IMG/VR virus record: IMGVR_UViG_3300020193_000015
DNA: 64,000 nucleotides
DNA from: a virus
Direction: 5' to 3' (one strand)
The translations under genes and the position numbers were made by a program. A model generated the notes under the pieces. The model was not told where the DNA came from. It worked only from the letters and a program-made list of their open reading frames with translations, and did no database searches. Shown piece after piece: positions 47,495 through 56,605 of the stretch (its first letter is position 1; each line of letters opens with the position of its first letter).

Positions 47495-47742
47495 TGGCTT
47501 TAATATCTTATATTACATGCTCTGTTTGTCAGCAAGAGAAAACAGTTAGCCACAGTGCATCTGATTGGCCTCCTGAAGTTTGTGATGAATGTGTAGAGAA
47601 GAAAAAAGAACAGGATAAAGAAGTGTATCTGGCGTGGTGCGCTAGTTTGCCGATTGAGGAAAGATTGGTAAAGATTGAGACGGCTTTATATGATTTGGAA
47701 AGAAAACCGCCGCCTTTTGATAGTAATACGCTTATAGGATGA
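47494..47742 (+). CDS. hypothetical zinc-ribbon protein
   Basis: CSVCQ..CDEC. Confidence 0.35.
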   Translation: MALISYITCSVCQQEKTVSHSASDWPPEVCDECVEKKKEQDKEVYLAWCASLPIEERLVKIETALYDLERKPPPFDSNTLIG

Positions 47743-48218
47743 AATATATGTATACGTTTGAGGAACATTTAGACAACTTAATTAGACATATAGAATTAGT
47801 AAGAGAAGCCTGTATTTTAATGGGCAAGAGGCTTATAGCACAAGGTAGAAAAGATCATGGACGATTATTGATAATGCGGGGGCATATGCATGATGTAAGC
47901 AAATTCACTGGCATAGAATTTGACTACCTTCACGTTGGTCCAGATGTAAATCAAGTAGAATTAGAGGATATGCAAGAATTAGTTGGAGGCTATATTGAAC
48001 CTCTTACTTTTGAAGGTTTTACAGGCTATGTCAACGAAGAAGGCAAAATGATGGGGTTGATTTATAATGAATTAGCTACAACTTTTTGCTTCAAAAATAA
48101 CCTTGGCTTGAGAGATGATGATTATATAGTTGGCAATTTGCTTTTACTAGGCCCAATTGATGAAAACGGCGATGATACAGATGTGCCTCATTTTGTTCAA
48201 AAGAATCTAGGTTTTTAG
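47739..48218 (+). CDS. hypothetical protein
   Basis: ORF track. Confidence 0.4.
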   Translation: MKYMYTFEEHLDNLIRHIELVREACILMGKRLIAQGRKDHGRLLIMRGHMHDVSKFTGIEFDYLHVGPDVNQVELEDMQELVGGYIEPLTFEGFTGYVNEEGKMMGLIYNELATTFCFKNNLGLRDDDYIVGNLLLLGPIDENGDDTDVPHFVQKNLGF

Positions 48219-48231
48219 ACTATATTAAATT

Positions 48232-48447
48232 ATGGCAGCAAGAGAACTAGACGCAAAAAGAGAACTTAAAAGACTGCAAATAGTCAGCAGAAGCCAAACT
48301 GCGCAATTTAACAATATGGTCAGATTGGCAAATGCTGTAGCCCAAGAAAACGCTAATTTAAAAAAAGCTATTGGAGAATTGATTAAAGTCAAATCAGATC
48401 ATCCAAATTACGAAAAAGTAGTAGCTGCTGCAAAAGCACTACTTTAA
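48232..48447 (+). CDS. hypothetical protein
   Basis: ORF track; its TAA stop lies inside the 15-mer motif. Confidence 0.35.
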   Translation: MAARELDAKRELKRLQIVSRSQTAQFNNMVRLANAVAQENANLKKAIGELIKVKSDHPNYEKVVAAAKALL

Positions 48448-48457
48448 TTGTACCAAG
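48443..48457 (+). promoter_or_regulatory. conserved 15-mer TTTAATTGTACCAAG (copy 6)
   Basis: 6 nt upstream of ATG 48464. Confidence 0.6.
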
Positions 48458-48463
48458 ACAGTC

Positions 48464-48745
48464 ATGCGAAAACTCATTCTAAGTCTGATTATTGTTTTAG
48501 CAATTCTTAATCCTGCTTATGCCAGGAATCTACGTAATTTCAGGCCAATTACACCTGGATTGCCGATTCAAACTCAATGGCAAATGCGTCAAGCACAATG
48601 GATGCAGCAACAATATATCATGCAGCAACGGTATATTCAAAATTACCAGCTATTAATGCAACAGAGAATGCAATGGTGGCTTATTACTAGGCAGCAACAA
48701 ATCAACATGTGGCTTTATTGGCGAGCTATGATGTATGGATATTAG
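48464..48745 (+). CDS. secreted Gln/Met/Trp/Tyr-rich low-complexity protein
   Basis: signal peptide MRKLILSLIIVLAILNPAYA, then QWQMRQAQWMQQQYIMQQRYIQNYQLLMQQRMQWW. Confidence 0.4.
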   Translation: MRKLILSLIIVLAILNPAYARNLRNFRPITPGLPIQTQWQMRQAQWMQQQYIMQQRYIQNYQLLMQQRMQWWLITRQQQINMWLYWRAMMYGY

Positions 48746-49072
48746 TTTAGAAGAATATCAAAAAGCATGCTCATGACTGACGAACAAGAATTTGAATCTG
48801 AATCTTCCTTTAAGTATTACAAACGATATGCCAATGGGCAACTTGTAATTGTTACCCAAAGACCATTTAATACCCAATTGACGATTGGAAGAGACTGGTC
48901 AAGTTGGGACAAGGGTTATTGATACAAAGATACAGCTTCGGCGGTCGCTGCGGCACAAACCTTTGATCCAGAACGAGATATTGAACCTGATGGCTGGTTT
49001 CGCTGTCCTGTAGATGGCAGACGAAGGCCAGATGGGGATAAAACTAAGGAATATTATAATATGTAAAGGAGG

Positions 49073-49288
49073 ATGCAAGTGATCTGTAACTATGGCGACA
49101 GCGTTCAGTTCAACAATGATGGTCAAGGAGATTGGAGAACTGGAACAATAATAGGGCGAAGCATGGAAAATGGAGTAGGGCCTTTTGTTTGGATAGAAAT
49201 GTTTGACGGAATGCGAGTGATGGTGCTTGAATCTAACGTGATTACTTGGAGCGTTCCCTTTCCTAAATACTCACAATTTCCTAACTAA
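49073..49288 (+). CDS. hypothetical protein
   Basis: ORF track. Confidence 0.3.
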   Translation: MQVICNYGDSVQFNNDGQGDWRTGTIIGRSMENGVGPFVWIEMFDGMRVMVLESNVITWSVPFPKYSQFPN

Positions 49289-49344
49289 ACTAAGGGTCAT
49301 TATGAATACTTTACGTGAAGGTCTTGAAACCTTAGCTGGACAAT

Positions 49345-49530
49345 TTGATAGATTTCATAAAGAACTTGCTTCTCTTAAACAAAGTGCCATTATTTCACAG
49401 CAAGAAAAAAGCAATTAAGTTTTTGGATGAACCTGGCTTGTACGATTTAGGTGATAAAGATGATAAATATGATGATTATCAGGTTGTGTTTTTTAATAGA
49501 GACGAAAGCATTTGGCAACTTCTAAAATGA
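49345..49530 (+). CDS. hypothetical protein
   Basis: ORF track. Confidence 0.3.
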   Translation: MIDFIKNLLLLNKVPLFHSKKKAIKFLDEPGLYDLGDKDDKYDDYQVVFFNRDESIWQLLK

Positions 49531-49569
49531 GGTTGATTTATCTTGAAATTTAGTATATAATTATTTCAT

Positions 49570-49640
49570 GGCCCCATAGCTTAAGAGGAAAGCAGGGTGC
49601 TTATAACGCCAAGACGGTAGTGCGACTCTACCTGGGGCTA
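49570..49640 (+). tRNA. tRNA-like gene, anticodon UAU by manual fold (atypical T-loop TGCGACT, G1-U72)
   Basis: acceptor GGCCCCA/TGGGGCT, D-stem GCTT/AAGC, anticodon stem GGTG/CGCC with loop CTTATAA, T-stem GGTAG/CTACC; a TATATAAT promoter-like box lies just upstream. Confidence 0.4.
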
Positions 49641-49656
49641 CTTTAAAGGCTAACAA

Positions 49657-49833
49657 ATGAATTTTGAAGCTGATAGACCTGTTTTTGAAAATATGACCAA
49701 AGAAGAACTAATTGCTATATTAGACAGTTTTCGCAGTTCTTTGGTTAACTGTGAAGATGCTGGTGGATTCTGTTTATATGTTGGCAAACGTTTAAAGGTT
49801 AGTTGCGAATCAGGTGCTTATGATGATGAGTAA
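49657..49833 (+). CDS. hypothetical 58-aa protein (below the ORF-track cutoff)
   Basis: manual translation MNFEADRPVFENMTKEELIAILDSF..; its stop overlaps the next start (ATGAGTAA). Confidence 0.3.
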   Translation: MNFEADRPVFENMTKEELIAILDSFRSSLVNCEDAGGFCLYVGKRLKVSCESGAYDDE

Positions 49834-50170
49834 AACTTTTGAAGTTAAACCAGAACATATTAAGTTATTGCAAAGAGCATACATCGATTGGCAAGATTGT
49901 GAAACTGGCGCTCCTGCAATTGACCCTAAAAGGCCATATGGCAATAGCTATGTTGTAGGTGATATTTTTGAAATTTTGGAATGGAAACATCCAGAAGAAG
50001 ATGATGATTTAGATGAGGAATTTGAAGATTTAGAAGATAAGGCAATGACTTTACATCAAGAAACTCAAACTGTCTTGCAAATTCTAGTTAGTAATATAAG
50101 TGTTGGTATCAGTCCTGGGAAGTATAGACAAGTTGAAGAATATAGCAATGAATGGGTTAGAGTGAAATGA
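49826..50170 (+). CDS. hypothetical acidic protein
   Basis: the ORF track starts at 49814; ATG 49826 (MSKTFEV) is more likely. Confidence 0.4.
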   Translation: MSKTFEVKPEHIKLLQRAYIDWQDCETGAPAIDPKRPYGNSYVVGDIFEILEWKHPEEDDDLDEEFEDLEDKAMTLHQETQTVLQILVSNISVGISPGKYRQVEEYSNEWVRVK

Positions 50171-50213
50171 AAGTTAAATGGGCAAAGGAAGTTGAGAAGG
50201 AATGCAAAAAGTT

Positions 50214-50228
50214 TTTAATTGTACCAAG
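50214..50228 (+). promoter_or_regulatory. conserved 15-mer TTTAATTGTACCAAG (copy 7; no plus-strand gene follows; abuts the 3' end of a minus-strand HNH gene)
   Basis: read directly. Confidence 0.5.
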
Positions 50229-50232
50229 GTAG

Positions 50233-50943
50233 TTAGGCAACAATTGAAATTAAAGCAGTGGAATTTATTTCCCATAAGTTGTGGTCTAACTCCCAATGAC
50301 AATTTCTACATAAAGATATAAGATTGCTGAGTTGATTTATGTCATTAACAATTGTTTCCTTGGGAAAACTCCGTATTGGCTTAATGTGGCAGACTTCGTA
50401 GTGTTTATCATAACCACATTTGACGCAATATTTTGGTAGACTTGATTCTCTGTATTTTGTCCTAGCGTGTTCTCTTATTCTCGCATAGATTTGGTATTTG
50501 TATTTATAATGAAATTCTTTTATAGCTATTTTACCAAGACTCTCTAATGAAATTTTATTTGTTTCTGGTTTATTCGTTATGCATTTTTCGCAATATTTTT
50601 TCCTCGAAGCAATAGGGTCATTACAGACACGGCAATAACCTTTAGGCTTTCGTTTTGGGCAATGAACATTAGTATGTATTGCGCAGCATCTAGAGGAACA
50701 GAATTTGGGGTTTAAAGTTGGTTTTTCACAAAGATGGCATGGATGAAGTTTTCTATAATGTCTTGAAACATCAGTATTGAATATTTCTTTTATTGCATTA
50801 GCCCATGAACCGAATCTATTTTTAATTGTTGTTCTGGCATATTGGCCTAATTTGTCATAATGTTTTGAAGTAGGTATTTTATTTATTTGTTCAAAAACTA
50901 ATTTTATATCTTCGGCTATTTGTTCTTTGGTTAATCTATACAT
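50233..50943 (-). CDS. HNH homing-type endonuclease
   Basis: C-terminal CVKCGYDKHYEVCHIKP..NLISLCRNCHWELDHN; additional upstream Cys clusters. Confidence 0.65.
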   Translation of the reverse strand: MYRLTKEQIAEDIKLVFEQINKIPTSKHYDKLGQYARTTIKNRFGSWANAIKEIFNTDVSRHYRKLHPCHLCEKPTLNPKFCSSRCCAIHTNVHCPKRKPKGYCRVCNDPIASRKKYCEKCITNKPETNKISLESLGKIAIKEFHYKYKYQIYARIREHARTKYRESSLPKYCVKCGYDKHYEVCHIKPIRSFPKETIVNDINQLSNLISLCRNCHWELDHNLWEINSTALISIVA

Positions 50944-51038
50944 ATTATATTAGAGTGCCATTTCGATTTTTATAAGGAGTATTTTATAAAAATTTTGTTT
51001 GAAAAAAGTAAAGTATGTGATATAATATATTATTAAAT

Positions 51039-51114
51039 GCCCCTGTACCGGCTCCGGTTTCTACCCGGATGTACCGTAATTGGAATAGATGCAGGTTCGA
51101 GTCCTGCCAGGGGT
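51039..51114 (+). other. atypical tRNA-like element (same acceptor ends as tRNA 37624; canonical T-arm GCAGG-TTCGAGT-CCTGC; perfect anticodon-like arm TCCGG-TTTCTAC-CCGGA with UCU; no conventional D-arm)
   Basis: manual folding; cannot be fitted to a standard cloverleaf. Confidence 0.3.
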
Positions 51115-51180
51115 GCTTTTATCACTTTTAATAGCTTAAAAAGTCAGGCTGGCATAACAATGACATTCAACTTCATCTAA

Positions 51181-51411
51181 TTGCATATGTATCGTGCTGA
51201 AATGTCTAAACAAAAGCAAAGAGTAATTGAAGCAAAACGTCTTGCTAATATATGGCATTTAACTCTTGCTTGCAGAGCAAAAATAACTCGTCCCGTTATT
51301 CCTTACTATCCTTATTATGGATCAGGGATTTATGGTGTTCCAGTTGCCGTAAAAATTCAATATGTTTGGTGTGAATGTTACAAGTGCAAAGGTTTAAATA
51401 ATGAAAATTAA
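51181..51411 (+). CDS. hypothetical protein
   Basis: ORF track. Confidence 0.35.
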   Translation: MHMYRAEMSKQKQRVIEAKRLANIWHLTLACRAKITRPVIPYYPYYGSGIYGVPVAVKIQYVWCECYKCKGLNNEN

Positions 51412-51727
51412 ATTCTGCATTGCCCTATTGCTTTTAGTAGGATGTAAGCAACAAAGTGAGAAAAAGGATTTGGATTGGCACATAGCGGATCGATCCAGGT
51501 TTATGAGTGAAAATCGGCAGGCTGTTCGCATTCTAAGCATTGATGACGAAGGAGCATTCCGTAAAGTCGAAGTAGAAGGCATTGTAACAAAAGAAAGAAC
51601 GTGGGCATATTTTCGGAAAAGTACAAAACCAAAAGTAGGCGAAATCTGGCGTGTTAATCCTGTGGCTGACGGGAAAATAGCTTGGTTTGAACTTTCTTGG
51701 ACACCTGCTTCTCTGGAGGATAAATAA
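51401..51727 (+). CDS. putative lipoprotein
   Basis: MKIKFCIALLLLVGC lipobox. Confidence 0.45.
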   Translation: MKIKFCIALLLLVGCKQQSEKKDLDWHIADRSRFMSENRQAVRILSIDDEGAFRKVEVEGIVTKERTWAYFRKSTKPKVGEIWRVNPVADGKIAWFELSWTPASLEDK

Positions 51728-51912
51728 TGTCATCAGAATTTCTAGAAGGATACAGAGCGGTTCTTCAGGCGGAAATAAAAAAATATAATACCGCAACAAG
51801 AATCAAATTACGTTTAATAGATGATGATGACAAAATTGCTTATGGCGAATTTGAGGTTGAAGAGTTAACAAAATTTTTAGAAGAAGTGAAAAATGGCTGT
51901 GACAAAAGGTGA
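51727..51912 (+). CDS. hypothetical protein
   Basis: ORF track. Confidence 0.3.
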   Translation: MSSEFLEGYRAVLQAEIKKYNTATRIKLRLIDDDDKIAYGEFEVEELTKFLEEVKNGCDKR

Positions 51913-52066
51913 AATCAGAACATGGTTGCTTGAAGCTAAAAAAGAAGGTGCAACACACGTTATTGTAGTTTGCGACACATTTGACTACGATGATTATCCA
52001 GTTAAAGTAATGCCTGGAGAAGATGCGAAAAAAAGGGCATTTCAGATTAATGGAAACGACATATGA
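51893..52066 (+). CDS. hypothetical 57-aa protein (below the cutoff)
   Basis: manual translation MAVTKGEIRTWLLEAKKEGATHVIVVCDTFDYDDYPVKV.. Confidence 0.3.
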   Translation: MAVTKGEIRTWLLEAKKEGATHVIVVCDTFDYDDYPVKVMPGEDAKKRAFQINGNDI

Positions 52067-52182
52067 TAAAAAATGTGCGTGACCAACATCATGTTTTCTT
52101 GGAAGGATTGAAAAGCACCACACCTAAATTACTTAACCCCAAAGAAGGCGTAACTTACCATGAATTTATAATGGGAAGCTAA

Positions 52183-52374
52183 ATGAGAAATATCAAAACC
52201 TATACTGTTGTTCTTAATCGTCCACACACTAATTCATTTCTTATGTTGGAAATCGAAGCTAAGGACTTTGATAATGCATGCTGTCAGGCTTTACACAACA
52301 TGGATGAATGGGTGATTGCTGATATGCCTATTGATGAGGGATATGAACAGAAGCGTGATAATGGTGAATCATGA
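52183..52374 (+). CDS. hypothetical protein
   Basis: ORF track. Confidence 0.3.
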   Translation: MRNIKTYTVVLNRPHTNSFLMLEIEAKDFDNACCQALHNMDEWVIADMPIDEGYEQKRDNGES

Positions 52375-52511
52375 ATAAAGTAATTGTGGATGATAAGTTT
52401 AACTTAATCCCAGCATATAGTTTGATTAAAGGTCAACTTGGTATAATACATGCTCCAGAAGGCGAAGAAACTAAGTATGATGGTTGGGTTTTACTATAAA
52501 TGGAATAAACC

Positions 52512-52904
52512 ATGAACGAACGAATTAACTTATCTGATACTCCTATTAGTGCCATTACCAAGCTATGTGAAGGTAATCCAGGGGCATTAACTGTACTTGC
52601 CAATATCTTAAAAGAGGGTGGCAAGATTGATCCTGATGCTGGATTCGGTGAACCATTCTTTATAATCCTTAATTTCGATAGTTATAATATCTATGGGCCT
52701 AGAATTTGGATGTTGTATAAGGATGTATGCGAACAGAAGCTTGATAAAACGATTGCGATGGTAAGAGCTACCCAAATGGGGTTTATTAGTGCAAGTAAAT
52801 TAAATTTTGCAATCGACAATGGTGGGGCTGGATTAGACGTTGAGGCTGTTTGTAAGCAAGTAAAAGAACGTTTGCCTAATTTTCAATTCAAAGAAGAAGT
52901 TTAA
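52512..52904 (+). CDS. hypothetical protein
   Basis: ORF track; its TAA stop lies inside the 15-mer motif. Confidence 0.4.
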   Translation: MNERINLSDTPISAITKLCEGNPGALTVLANILKEGGKIDPDAGFGEPFFIILNFDSYNIYGPRIWMLYKDVCEQKLDKTIAMVRATQMGFISASKLNFAIDNGGAGLDVEAVCKQVKERLPNFQFKEEV

Positions 52905-52913
52905 TTGTACCAA
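52899..52913 (+). promoter_or_regulatory. conserved 15-mer TTTAATTGTACCAAG (copy 8)
   Basis: next ATG at 53033; an 11-bp wobble-containing inverted repeat (ATGCGTCCAGA .. TCTGGATGCGT) lies in between. Confidence 0.55.
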
Positions 52914-53032
52914 GAAGGTTAAAACCCCTCCTAATGCGTCCAGATTAGCTTATAATAAGTTTTGTAAGTTAAAATGAGATTCGGATCGTTAAATGGGTCT
53001 GGATGCGTTATAATTGAATTTAAAGGGATAAA

Positions 53033-53524
53033 ATGGGATATGAGACTAAGATGTATGTGGTTAAGCCTTATGGGTTTGCAGATGATGTACCACATGGTCA
53101 GGTTATTTGCAGTATTGATCTTTGCAAATGTGATGAGGATGGGGCTGTAGGAAGGTTGGTAAGTGATTCACACAGTTTTAAAGATAAAAATCCTACATTT
53201 GCTTTGTATAATGATTTTCATCCAGATGGGCAACTTGGCGCAATTGAAAAATTACAAAAATTGCATGATGAATTAAAGGATAATGGGCATAAAGAACTAA
53301 TACAGGAAGTTATTGATTATGTAGAAGACCCAGGACATTGCACCAAAGATAATTATGATGACTTTTTTGGTGTTATTTCGATTGATGATATGATTGAGGC
53401 ATTGGAGAAGGATATTGCCAGCGAAAAAGTGCCGTATCGCAGGTTTGTAATTGCTTTGGATATGCTGCAATCTGTTAAAAAGAACTTCCAAGAGAAAGTG
53501 AAGATTCTTACATACGGGCACTAA
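53033..53524 (+). CDS. hypothetical protein
   Basis: ORF track. Confidence 0.4.
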   Translation: MGYETKMYVVKPYGFADDVPHGQVICSIDLCKCDEDGAVGRLVSDSHSFKDKNPTFALYNDFHPDGQLGAIEKLQKLHDELKDNGHKELIQEVIDYVEDPGHCTKDNYDDFFGVISIDDMIEALEKDIASEKVPYRRFVIALDMLQSVKKNFQEKVKILTYGH

Positions 53525-53531
53525 ATTATGT

Positions 53532-54050
53532 ATGTTGAGTTTTATGGACTGGCTTGAGAGTGTTTATCGTATAGACCAAAACCCAATTAGTGATTTTTCA
53601 TCGGATTTAAAAACTTATTACAGAAGTCCAGATTGGAGCAGTAGCGGTTCATTCTCTAATCAAGAAAATATACCTAAAGATTGGCTAAAGGAAGTAGGTT
53701 TGTTTGGCGGAAAACTAAAAAATATAATTCCTTATGCCACACCTAGAAATGTAAGATGGATTGTCACAAAGGATTTAAGCCGCCCTACAGTCATATTTGC
53801 TGAAAAAGATAAACAGGCGATTACTTCTTATCGGCCTTATTTATCTAAATTTTCTCAATCGTCATTTACTCAGCAATCAAATGGAGAATTTTTCAGTCAT
53901 GACCCTAAACAAGCGATGAAACAGGAAATGATTAGGAATCCGTTGCGTTTTATGCAAAAATGGTATAATGTTAAATTTGTGCCTAATTTAGATGATTATG
54001 CCAAGCAGTTGAAGTCACAAGATATCAATTTTGACTCAGAAGGGTTATAA
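53532..54050 (+). CDS. hypothetical protein
   Basis: ORF track. Confidence 0.4.
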   Translation: MLSFMDWLESVYRIDQNPISDFSSDLKTYYRSPDWSSSGSFSNQENIPKDWLKEVGLFGGKLKNIIPYATPRNVRWIVTKDLSRPTVIFAEKDKQAITSYRPYLSKFSQSSFTQQSNGEFFSHDPKQAMKQEMIRNPLRFMQKWYNVKFVPNLDDYAKQLKSQDINFDSEGL

Positions 54051-54054
54051 GATT

Positions 54055-54069
54055 TTTAATTGTACCAAG
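54055..54069 (+). promoter_or_regulatory. conserved 15-mer TTTAATTGTACCAAG (copy 9)
   Basis: 7 nt upstream of ATG 54077. Confidence 0.6.
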
Positions 54070-54076
54070 AGAAAAC

Positions 54077-54379
54077 ATGAAAGTGAAATTAGAATTATAC
54101 AAGTATGGTGGAATTAGTTGTTTGGATGAAGGTTGCATATTTAAGCGTGAATGTGCAAATCATATGACTGCTGGAGACTTTAGATCAGAAGATGGATTTA
54201 CTCCTCAGTTGGAAGAAAAAAATGGCGAATATTTCTGTGCTACTAAAGATGCAGAAATTGATGAGTGGTATAGCTGTGAATATGGCACAACTTATCCCGA
54301 AGGAAGGGAAAAATTGGGCGATGGAGCTATGACACAGAAGGATTTAAAGTTGGTATCCGTTATCAACTATGTAATCTAG
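54077..54379 (+). CDS. hypothetical protein
   Basis: ORF track. Confidence 0.4.
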   Translation: MKVKLELYKYGGISCLDEGCIFKRECANHMTAGDFRSEDGFTPQLEEKNGEYFCATKDAEIDEWYSCEYGTTYPEGREKLGDGAMTQKDLKLVSVINYVI

Positions 54380-54565
54380 GTTTGGCGTCCATCTGAATCT
54401 AGCACAAGTGCAGTTTTTTTTGCAGCAGCTTCCGGCACAATTGATTCTGTAAATTTTTCCATCCCTTCTAAGCACCAGACTTCCATGATCTTTTTTGCTG
54501 CACCCGCATTTGCAAATTTCTACTTTTTTTGCTTTTTTTGTTGCCAGCATGACTTCTTCCCCCAA
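54344..54565 (-). CDS. hypothetical Cys-rich small protein (minus strand)
   Basis: the only ORF in an otherwise ORF-free 400-bp gap; 9 Cys. Confidence 0.3.
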   Translation of the reverse strand: MGEEVMLATKKAKKVEICKCGCSKKDHGSLVLRRDGKIYRINCAGSCCKKNCTCARFRWTPNLDYIVDNGYQL

Positions 54566-54775
54566 TCTTGAACATTGTTGTTAAAACCTAGATGCCAATA
54601 CAAAAATATTGAAAACGTTGAAATTTGCAGGAAAAACGATAGAATGCTGTGTGTAGATGGGCATTCACTGTGCGATTTCGGGCAATTGATTTCCTATGAC
54701 TGAGCAAAATTTTACATTACCTGATTGTAGACTTCCTGATGCGAATGGCAAGAGAAATCTCCAGATGATTTCGAT

Positions 54776-54982
54776 TTGTTAACTGCTTCCAAAAAGGCGC
54801 TAAAGGATTGCCCATTTTGTGGCCGAAGTCCTATTACTATTTGCACAGTGAACGATAAAACGGGAATATACGGATGTCAAGTAACTTGCGATGTATTTTG
54901 TGGTATTAGTTTATTTTTTAGTGCTTATGATAGAGAAACAGCAAGAAAAGGTGCAATTGAAAGGTGGACTAAGAGAATATGA
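54776..54982 (+). CDS. hypothetical Cys-rich protein
   Basis: ORF track. Confidence 0.35.
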   Translation: MLTASKKALKDCPFCGRSPITICTVNDKTGIYGCQVTCDVFCGISLFFSAYDRETARKGAIERWTKRI

Positions 54983-55821
54983 ACGTTGATGATTTAGGTT
55001 CACGCATGAAACTTTTTGAAGGACAGACTGAAGGAAATTTAATTCCTATGCTTCCTGCAATGTGCCGAATTGATGGAAGATCGTTTTCTAGTTTCACAAT
55101 GGGACTTCGCAGACCATATGATGAACGTCTTTCTAAGTTAATGGTTGATACTACTAAATTTTTGGTCAAAGAGACTTGTGCAACTTGTGGTTATACTCAG
55201 TCGGATGAAATTACTTTATCGTGGTATCACCCTACAATGCAAACCCAGATGTTTTTTGATGGTAGAATCCAAAAAATCAATTCTGTGGTCGCCAGCATGA
55301 CCTCTGTTTACTTTATTTCGCAGATTTTAACTAATGATGCATTGCCAATTGAATATGCTGCTAAATTGCCTCATTTTGATTGTAGGGTTTGGAATGTACC
55401 CAAATTAGAAGAAGCAGTTAATTGTTTCATGTGGAGAGAGTGGGATTGTACCAAAAACTCAGTTTCAATGGCTGCGCAAAATTACTACAAGCACAAAGAA
55501 TTAATGGGCAAGCACAGCGGAGAACTCCAAGAATTGCTTTTTCAAAAAGGGATCAATTGGAATGATTATAACAGGCATTTCAAGAGGGGGACTTTTGTTC
55601 AAAGACGAAAAGTAATTAAAAAGTTTTCGGCTATGGATATTGAAGCTTTGCCCCCAATGCATGAAGCTAGACTTAATCCAAATTTAATGGTAGAAAGAAG
55701 TGAAATTCAAGAACTTGATATGCCGCCTTTTATTAAAGTGACCAACAAGGCAGATGTAATTTTTAACGGTGCTGAACCTTTGACAGAATTTAATTGTACC
55801 AAGGAAAGCCATGAAAACTAA
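54979..55821 (+). CDS. Thg1-like protein (tRNA-His guanylyltransferase / 3'-5' polymerase family)
   Basis: [34 protein letters not shown] and [20 protein letters not shown] match conserved Thg1/TLP blocks. Confidence 0.7.
   Translation: MNVDDLGSRMKLFEGQTEGNLIPMLPAMCRIDGRSFSSFTMGLRRPYDERLSKLMVDTTKFLVKETCATCGYTQSDEITLSWYHPTMQTQMFFDGRIQKINSVVASMTSVYFISQILTNDALPIEYAAKLPHFDCRVWNVPKLEEAVNCFMWREWDCTKNSVSMAAQNYYKHKELMGKHSGELQELLFQKGINWNDYNRHFKRGTFVQRRKVIKKFSAMDIEALPPMHEARLNPNLMVERSEIQELDMPPFIKVTNKADVIFNGAEPLTEFNCTKESHEN
55789..55803 (+). promoter_or_regulatory. conserved 15-mer TTTAATTGTACCAAG (copy 10)
   Basis: inside the Thg1-like C-terminus (FNCTK); 7 nt upstream of ATG 55811. Confidence 0.6.
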
Positions 55822-56140
55822 AAAAGCAAAAAAAGCTTTCCTTGATGGCTATAAAACCTATTCCCCAGAGAAGGAAGGCTATGGTTCTCCCTCTGATTGG
55901 GTAGAGAATTTCCGTTCTAGGATGGGTTTAAATGAAGCCAAAGAGGTTCTAGGAGACAATGATCCCTTTAACATCCTTGGACTGCCTAAAGGGGCAAGCT
56001 GGGGCGAAATTAAGTCAGCCTACCGTAAACTGGCCATGCAAACTCATCCTGACCGCAACCCAGGTGATGAGGAAGCTGCTATTAAATTTAAGAAAGTCCA
56101 AGCTGCGTATGAAATTCTAGAGGCAAGATATAAGGAGTAA
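55811..56140 (+). CDS. J-domain (DnaJ-like) protein
   Basis: [49 protein letters not shown] with HPD. Confidence 0.8.
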   Translation: MKTKKAKKAFLDGYKTYSPEKEGYGSPSDWVENFRSRMGLNEAKEVLGDNDPFNILGLPKGASWGEIKSAYRKLAMQTHPDRNPGDEEAAIKFKKVQAAYEILEARYKE

Positions 56141-56206
56141 ATTAAAGATAAAATTTTCCAGAAAGTTTTCTTTGACAAAAAGTAGCAAATTTGTTATTGA
56201 AGTTAT

Positions 56207-56243
56207 GTGCCGTTCTATTCTTACGGGGATAGAAGGATGCACA
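56207..56243 (+). promoter_or_regulatory. conserved hairpin motif (copy B)
   Basis: GTGCCGTTCTATTCTTACGGGGATAGAAGGATGCACA; a partial second copy (ATTCTTACGG..AAAAATGCAT) lies immediately before ATG 56272. Confidence 0.55.
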
Positions 56244-56271
56244 CCCATTTAGCATTCTTACGGAGATAAAA

Positions 56272-56508
56272 ATGCATGATGAAGGGCATTGGCGTTTAAA
56301 AGTAGATGAAGAGGGGTATTGTCCTTGGCATTTAACAGAAAAAATCGCTGTTAAATGTCATGAAGAAGGTATATCAGCAAAGGATGGATTTGGTCTAATC
56401 TATAAAATTGAAGGTGATGATCGTCCCAAATATGTTCGCTGGATAATATCTGACATACAATATAAAATAAATAGGTTAATCAATGCATTCTCAAAAACTA
56501 AAAATTGA
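56272..56508 (+). CDS. hypothetical protein
   Basis: ORF track. Confidence 0.4.
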   Translation: MHDEGHWRLKVDEEGYCPWHLTEKIAVKCHEEGISAKDGFGLIYKIEGDDRPKYVRWIISDIQYKINRLINAFSKTKN

Positions 56509-56568
56509 AAGTTTACCGATTGAATTGCAAAATATTTATGATAAATTGCATTGGTCAAAAGTATTGGA

Positions 56569-56605
56569 GTGCCGTTCTATTCTTACGGGGATAGAAGGAT
56601 GCACA
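56569..56605 (+). promoter_or_regulatory. conserved hairpin motif (copy C; no plus-strand gene follows)
   Basis: exact match to copy B. Confidence 0.5.

Noticed and set aside
51039-51114. Calling 51039..51114 a canonical tRNA-Arg(UCU)
   Set aside because: No D-arm can be formed between the acceptor stem and the anticodon-like arm. It is reported only as an atypical tRNA-like element
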